A stretch of DNA of 64,000 nt from Chrysomallon squamiferum (taxonomy: Eukaryota > Animalia > Mollusca): NCBI GenBank assembly GCA_012295275.1, contig CM022671.1:11594001-11658000 (forward strand). Direction: 5' to 3'. The position numbers and the translations under genes are program-made. Below the pieces are notes generated by a model. The model made no database searches. It was given only the letters and a program-made list of their open reading frames with translations, and had not been told where the DNA came from. Numbering within the stretch: the stretch's first letter is position 1; each line of letters opens with the position of its first letter. Below, one piece after another: positions 56,198-64,000 of this stretch.

Positions 56198-57684
56198 GGT
56201 TCTAGGAAAGAAAGAAACTGGAAAAAAAAAATTTGAAAAAAAGAAACAGAAAAAAGTAACAGGAAAAATAAAACGGAAAGAAAGAAACACTACATTTTTA
56301 CTAAAATTTTTATTTTAATTGTGTTAAAGGTATTACAAATTATTTTTTGTACCAAACTAATATTTTTAATGTTTCTTAAATATTCCATCATAAATATGCA
56401 CCTCTTTCACCCATTAATTATCATTCCCCAATTGATAATCCATATGTTTCGCAATGAACACTATGTCAGTCTATATCTCTACATCTCTGTAATATAAGTC
56501 AGTTTCCCAACTAACTTACCCAGTTGAGTTTTAATTGTCATTGAATCGTTGACCTATCCAACGGGTTCTTTAAATGTCTCAGTTATCATTTTCTTTAAGA
56601 AGATATTCTCTAATTAACCCTTTCAAAGGATAATCCCTTCTCTTTATGTCCCCTTTATCTTATCCCATGTATGGCTTCCCAGATGGCTTTCAACTTAATT
56701 ACCCATGATATCAATATAAAAGATGATAGGAAGCACCATTGCTCAGAATCATTAGTGCCATCATTAGAATAAATATCACAAATATATGAATAAAACTACT
56801 ATGGAGGTCATCAAGAGTCAGAAAGGTGGATCAAAAATGTGTTATCATGGCCACATGTATACCAAGTTAGCTACTAGTAAGAACAAGATTTGGTGGAAAT
56901 GAGTGGGAGCTTCCGGATGATGGGATCCCAAGATGACTCCACAAACCTCCGGTATGTTCCCAAAACTGGCAGTCTCCAGATTAGGTAATCGGTGAGGTGT
57001 TGTAATCCGCTTCCAGAAATGGGAAAACTGGCGTGAGCAATTAAGGCCAATTTAGAGGCACGAAGAACAGAGGGGGCGATTAACCAGATTAACGAGATTA
57101 ACTTTAATGAGCAGTGAAGACAGAAAATACTACCTATATAAATACTGTACAGACATGATGTTTGTTATGTTTGATCGTGGCTGCGAAGGGAGTGTCCAGT
57201 TAAGATGTGTTATAATCTCACTGCCAGAATCGGGAATAAACCCAAACCTCCGACTTCGCCGCACACCACCACTCTTTCCACCTTCTCTATGGAATATGCA
57301 CGAGACCACAGAACGAACAACATTTGTGAAGGGTGGAACAATAAGTTTTTCAGCATGTTTGGCCATCATCATCCTTCTGTCTGGAAAGTTATCCAGTGAT
57401 TCCAGCGTGAAGAATCCACTGTTCTTCAACAGGATGCAGTTGGCAACCCTCGAAGAAGCGCAAGAACAAAGGTCATATTCGCCTCCAGTGGAGACTCAAA
57501 GATCTTGTGTCAGGACCGTGTCAATAGTTCCAAGTCCATTCCCGAGTTTTTGGTTGGAGTCGGACACAACATTCGTATTACCAAGTGCTTATGAGAATAA
57601 ATTTGTTCTGAATAAAACTTTTTCTTTCTTTCCGTTTCTTTCTTTCCTGTTTCTTTTTTTCCAGTTTCTTTCTTTCCGTTTAAC
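56198..57684 (+). mobile_element. Decayed Mutator-like (MULE, FLYWCH-type) DNA transposon
   Basis: Inverted ends built from GGAAAGAAAGAAAC units; 9-bp flanks TTAAATCAT and TTAAATTAT (TSD with 1 mismatch). ATG at 56801 gives MEVIKSQKGGSKMCYHGHMYTK...KIWWK* (FLYWCH-like). Downstream PPLFPPSLWNMH and RTNNICEGWNNKF...HHHPSVWK are typical MULE transposase C-terminal motifs, broken by stops and frameshifts. Confidence 0.85.
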
Positions 57685-57959
57685 TTAAATTATACATCTA
57701 TGTGTGTTTGTATGTATGTGTATATGTATGTCTGTCTGTCTGAATCTGTCTGTCTGTCTGTCTGTATGTATTCAAGTACATATACGTACGTACATATATT
57801 TATATGTATGTATGTATGTATATTAGTTTGAATTAAACTTTTTGTAAACTGTTTCTAAATTTGTTTCAAGTATGTTTTATTGTTGTTTTTACAATTATTA
57901 ATTTTTGTATCTGTACATTTGGATATAGATGAGCCTGTATATATTTACATTACTGGTGT

Positions 57960-57975
57960 GAGTGTGTGTGTTTGA

Positions 57976-58067
<92 letters not shown>
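57960..58067. repeat. Compound (TG)n(AG)n microsatellite
   Basis: Directly visible. Confidence 0.95.
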
Positions 58068-58069
<2 letters not shown>

Positions 58070-58096
58070 CTTTTTATGTATATCTATGCGTAAGTC

Positions 58097-58272
58097 AGCT
58101 TGTTTCAGCATCAGTAAACTGGTTTAATTAATTATTAGCTGTGTGAAAACTAATTAGCAACATAAATAACTGAGATAATAAATATACACTGTATAATAAC
58201 AAAACAACGTCGTTATTTTTCTTAAAATTAATTAGATGTTGCACAGTAACAACAAATTCATGGCGTATAGTT
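58097..58272 (-). repeat. Dispersed repeat family, copy 3 (partial, inverted)
   Basis: Reverse complement matches ~31440-31620. Confidence 0.85.
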
Positions 58273-60237
58273 GGTTAATTACAAGATAAATGGTTTATAT
58301 TAAAAATATAATATATCTTCATATATAACGTGGTTGATTTAGATATTTCACGTTGACGTCCTAATAAAGAGACACTCGTATCTGTGAGTAATAAATCTGA
58401 CACTGGACGGCAGTGTAATTATTTCTGGACACAGGATAACAGAAAAGTGTGAACTGCACACAGCAATACTCGAGTGCTTCCACAAACACAGAGAGATAAT
58501 CAACGAAAGCAAAATAAAATTACATTTCATTGCCGCATGCCACAACGATATTTTTTTAGAAATTTCATTTTGCTCACTAATCAGAAGTGACCACATTTAT
58601 TTTTGCTACAAAAGGCACGCGTGAGTCAAGCGTCAACTGCTGCTACTACTGCTTTTACGAGCCAGCCAGGTCGTTAGATCATAAACTCCTAACCTATCTT
58701 TTGTGTTTACGTTTCACTCTGTGTTACGTGTTTTATTATTCCTGCACAATGTCACTCTGTTGAAATGGGTTATCACTGCATATGATTGTGTTTAGTATAA
58801 TAAAGTTAGGAGAACGAACTAAAATTAAAATATTTAAAGTGAGACTTTCTTTTCATTTCTTTTTTCCTTTTTTTTGTTATAGTCACTGGTAATATTGCTA
58901 AATTTCTGTAATATATATATATATATATCTATCTATATAGATATATATAATATATTCAAATATTTTTTAAGCTGCACTGTCTCATTAGCGCTCCTTGACG
59001 CTCGTGTATTAATCATTTATACATGAATGTGTTCAAAATAAATTCACCATAATTCATAAAATCGTTAATAAGTCCTGTTTTCTCTGGAAGTTCATGGTTA
59101 GGTTGATGCCTGAGAAAATTAGGAAAATATTTTTTAGTGTTGGATCTTAAAAAGATGTTGATAAAATAACGAATGGGTCCATGAACACAGCTCGGCAATA
59201 AAATAAGAATTGAGAATTTGACATTTTTCAAAATAGAAGATTAATGTTGTCTAATATCGTAGTCTGGGTTATACTCAACTGATGAAGTTCGTGGTGAATT
59301 TTATCACAATACTGATGTGGGAGAATGTTGAATTTTTTCAATAATTTCCATCACTGACAGAAAGTAATAGAGTTATCCTCAGCGTCAAATAAATAAAATC
59401 AAAGGAGAGGAAAAGAAATAAAATTCAATCAGTAAAATAAACGTACGGATGGATCAATAGCTAGAACGACCAAAAGACAAACAGATACAAACACAGACAA
59501 ACAAACAGAAAATACAAATATAAACATACAAACAGATTATATATTGATAAATATAAATACTGAAATACAGACAGGAAGATAAATAAAATAAATAAAATAA
59601 ATAAAATAAATAAATAAACATAAAAATAGTCACAATTATTTCTCGAACGACTACTGAACGACAGACATCATTAATTTATCTTTGTCAGTTTACTAGTGTT
59701 TCTGTATTTTACACAGTTTTTTCACCTCCCACTCTAGACAACTTTACCCATTCGAGACGATTTGCAGAAGTGCCCTGATTGCAAACTAGATTCGTTTTTC
59801 AAAACTGCCTCAAGGGGATGAGGAGTTTTGAACAGAAATCAATAACTCGTCATTTCAAAGCAGACTGTTTCTCAAGACTTCTGTGAAGATTCAGCGTTTT
59901 TAATTTAATTTAGTTTCGTATTAAACCCGGGTTAACGTCACTGAGGCGCTCTTAAACATACCCCGAGGCTCGAAACCGAGTCGTGCACGTGACTGCACGT
60001 AACAGAGATTACTTCACACACAGTGGTTATCATTGCTAGTAGGGCTGGTCGAGTTTCATATTTCTGCACTTATTAATGATTTAACTTTGGAAAAACAGGC
60101 TCTATTTCTCGTTCTAGACAGGAGTACGAGAGTAGGAGCAGACCTGATGTTCATACCTGCTTTATTCTTTATAATGTAATTTTATTTATTCATTTATTTA
60201 TGTATGTATTACTTTTATTTATTTATTTATTTATTTA

Positions 60238-60302
<65 letters not shown>

Positions 60303-61400
60303 TTTTTTTTTTTTTTTTTTTTTAAAGCCTGAAACTACCCTATAAACCTTAAAACGTCTTACATATTTATAGTTCTTGATTTTTTTTTTTTTTTTTTTTT
60401 TTTTGATTTTGATTTTGATTTTACAACACAGTATTTATCAAATATTTAAGAGCAAAGAAAAAGAATAGAAAGCGTTGGTTCACAGGAAATAAATTAAAAT
60501 ATAAAACACAACCAGAAAAAATTCTGTTAAAATATCCTCGCCATCATTACGAACAGCAATTAATTTACATATTATTATTATTACTAACCAGCAGTTGAAT
60601 AGCAGCTTTAAAACCAAAACACGTTTACTATCGTCAGTTAACTGTGTTGTTTTGTAGAACATTTTCGTAATCGCATATTTCCACCAGATTTTATTAATTT
60701 CCCTGCATCATTTTAATATACTGTTGAAAAAACCTCTATCTACATACATACTGACGTCACGATTAAAATTGAAACATGAAAATTGCTGCGCGCAGATGTT
60801 TTGTAATTTATATTTTCTTAATTCATTATTTGCCAACAAAATTAGTTTGCTTAATTACTAAAGAAGAAGCTGATCATACATTTTTTTTTTTTTTTTTTTT
60901 TTTAAACATTTGTTACTGTCAGTTGTACACTTTAATAAATATATATATATATATATATATATATTTATGATCTGTTTTTCAGTATGGTTTGTTTGTTTGG
61001 TTGCTTGTTTGTTATATTTCAACGTGATTATACATCTTTAACAATGCTTGACTTTTTCGTAGTTTTGCCTATTTAGTTTCAGTAACAAATCACTTTCGTT
61101 AGTTCTTTTGTACTGATTATCGATAATGTGTTTGTGACTGTAGTTTATTTTTAAAACTATAATTTCTTTTTAAAATGTATTTATAATGGAGACGCAGGTG
61201 TTATATTTTTAAATTATCAGATAAATGCGCTCGGCTTTTCTTAGATATTGTTGCTTTAATAGGCAATTACCAGTGAAAAAAATAAACAGTGACGCCTACT
61301 GTTTCAATAAGGAACATTTGCTGGTAGAGAAACATATTTCTAACTTTCTCTGTAGTTTAATGTGTCTGTTCTGATGGGAAGATATTAATATTTAAATCAC

Positions 61401-61491
61401 GTTTTTGTCCTGTACTGATAAAGTTTCACATACATTTTTATTTTTCTGTTTTTGTCCTGTACTGATAAAGTTTCACATACATTTTTATTTT
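61401..61491. repeat. 47-bp tandem duplication
   Basis: GTTTTTGTCCTGTACTGATAAAGTTTCACATACATTTTT at 61401 and 61448. Confidence 0.9.
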
Positions 61492-61912
61492 GCTGCAAAT
61501 GATTTAAAAGTGGTAAATTGTATTTTCAAAGGGCAGAGTTTATTCTTGATTATATTTTTCTTATTTACTTTGTTTGATATATCATGATCAACAATATCGT
61601 TTTGCCCTAATTTTTACCTTTCCAGCCTCTTGTTTTTCGTAAGGCGTTCACTGAATATAACTTTCAGAATTCCCAAATGTACAGTATCAGTTAGAAACAG
61701 ATTACTAATAAAAATATGTAACTTAACTTTATTGTTGTGGGTTAATATGTCATTATTAATTATATAGTGTAATGTTATAACACAGAAAGACCATCATTTC
61801 CTTTAACAGTTCTATAGAAACAACTCTCTCTCACTCTGTGCTCATACTTTTTAATAAATTTTCTTCTTCAGCTTTGAAAAAATTATAAATAAACTTTAAC
61901 CTAAGTGTTACT

Positions 61913-61916
<4 letters not shown>

Positions 61917-61994
<78 letters not shown>
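61917..61994. repeat. (AG)n microsatellite
   Basis: Directly visible. Confidence 0.95.
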
Positions 61995-62000
<6 letters not shown>

Positions 62001-62970
62001 TAGCATTCTGTAAACTGACATTTAGAAGGGTAAAGCAAAAATGAACGGACAGAAAGTTATTTAAATAGAATCAGATTTTTCAAAAAACTTATATGAATAA
62101 TGAAACAACAAACTGACCAGTTTTGTTATTAACATCCAGTTACTGGCATTACAAGTCATGTATGTTTGCACATAAAGTGTGTATGAGTTTGAGTTTGTAT
62201 TAGTATGCATATCTATATATGTGTGTATATAAAATGACTAATTCACACACACACACACATATATAAATTAGTCATTTATACATAAAATTAACGTGATTAT
62301 ACTGTTAGAAACAATTGCTGCCAACTGAAAATAAACATCATTCATCGCTTTTGTAAATACAGTTTACTGCAATTTGTTGCAATTTGTTGCAATTACTATT
62401 TTAAAGAGCAGGTGGATGGACACACAGACGGTCATTTCCCGTACATTAGTCCACTTAATTAAACCGCTTTCAAAACAGTTACCCTCCTCACGCGACTCGG
62501 AAAATACTAGTTTAAATCAAGCAGCGACACCACACAGCCCCGTCAACCACAACGACGCTAATTGAATTCTATATTGCTATTTAGGGCGCGTGGGTCTGCG
62601 GGCAGAAAAGATAACATGAATGCAATTACTGTGTCTTTTAGTCAGGTTTTCACAGGAAAGGAAGTTTCTCGAGGGCCGCTGTTAACTTCTGTAAATGACC
62701 ATTGTGTTGAACGGGCAAGTAATTTGTAAGTGTGAGATTAACTGATTCTTAAGTGAGACTTTCTTTTGCTGAATGACCAATTTTTTAGACATGTCTTATT
62801 TTATAACATAATTATTGGTAAAGTGAAAATGCCTTAAGGCATAATAGATAGTTTTATAATTGTGAAAAGAAAACTTTTTCTTCGTCCTTGAGATATTAAA
62901 ATATAAATTATTTATTTCCCTGAGTAGAGAGCGAAACACACGCAAACACACACACCCACACACATTTTTT

Positions 62971-62989
62971 ATGTATGTATATGTGTGTA

Positions 62990-63021
<32 letters not shown>

Positions 63022-63029
63022 TGTGTATA

Positions 63030-63077
<48 letters not shown>

Positions 63078-63111
63078 TGTGTGTCTATGCGTGTCTATGC
63101 GTGTGTGTGTG

Positions 63112-63175
<64 letters not shown>

Positions 63176-63184
63176 TGTGTGTCT

Positions 63185-63283
<99 letters not shown>

Positions 63284-63452
63284 TGTGTGTGTTTGTGTAT
63301 GTGTGTGTGTGTGTTTGTGTGTGTTTGTGTTTGTGTGTGTGTGTGTGTATGTGTGTGTGTGTGTTTGTGTGTGTTTGTGTTTGTGTGTGTGTGTGTGTCT
63401 GTGTGTGTCTGTGTGTGTTTGTGTGTGTCTGTGTCTGTGTGTGTGTGTGTGT
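62971..63452. repeat. ~480-bp interrupted (TG)n microsatellite
   Basis: Directly visible. Confidence 0.97.
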
Positions 63453-64000
63453 GCGCGCGTCACATAATTATAGATATGATTTCTTTATCTTTATTATTTG
63501 TTTGCTGTAGCTTTGCTATGTCAATGGCTGTCCTTTGCATTTTGAATAAACTTCTCAATAAATGGTAAATTTATATAAAAATTAAGCCTGATCTTTTATA
63601 TAGTGGTAAAGTATAGTTATTATGTGTCAGCTCATCACAGTTAATAAATCTAGCTCTGTAAATTTTCATTAGATCGCTTTTAATAAAGGCTTTTGGCATT
63701 CTGCAGTTATTGGCACTTGAAGTAATTTGAGATACGACCATCTCAGATTTGAATTTCGCTTTGAGTACATAATGACAGTCACGACTGGTGTTTGGCTCAA
63801 CGGCAGTAAAGGACGGTTGATGACCGATATTGACCACAACGAACGGACGCGAACGACATCGGCTGTAATTAATTACAGAGATCAATCGGCTTTGATGAAG
63901 TGATCTGAACAACACTGGCTTTAATGAATTTTGATGAATGACACTAACTTTAATGAAATGGACTGAAAAACATGAACAGTTTGGGTGAAACATACGCATT

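Noticed and set aside
57107-57688. 193-aa ORF as a host gene
   Set aside because: It crosses frameshifted MULE transposase remnants and the element's terminal repeat.

Overview
AT-rich animal genomic DNA, probably a lophotrochozoan such as a mollusc; this is inferred only from composition, microsatellites and protein style. The main feature is a complete + strand neuroglian / L1-family cell adhesion molecule gene. I assembled it by hand from 22 GT-AG coding exons (8256..23697, 3849 nt, 1282 aa): signal peptide, 6 Ig domains, 5 FN3 domains, TM helix, FIGQY ankyrin-binding tail and a terminal -SAL PDZ motif. Its promoter and first exon probably lie upstream of the window. Around the gene I see a probable 45-nt frame-preserving cassette exon just before the TM segment, uORFs (one with its stop overlapping the start codon), a furin site in FN3-3, an acidic insert in Ig2 and a near-consensus CTCF motif in the last intron. 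Near 30.6 kb the sequence changes from CpG-poor to CpG-rich. The right half holds a candidate promoter and first exon (~44.2-44.4 kb), two decayed DNA transposons with defined ends (a pogo/Tc1-like element carrying a PHD finger, and a MULE/FLYWCH element with a 9-bp TSD), a three-copy dispersed repeat and many micro- and minisatellites. I found no convincing wholly new biological system; the best leads are the regulatory and splicing features of the neuroglian locus.
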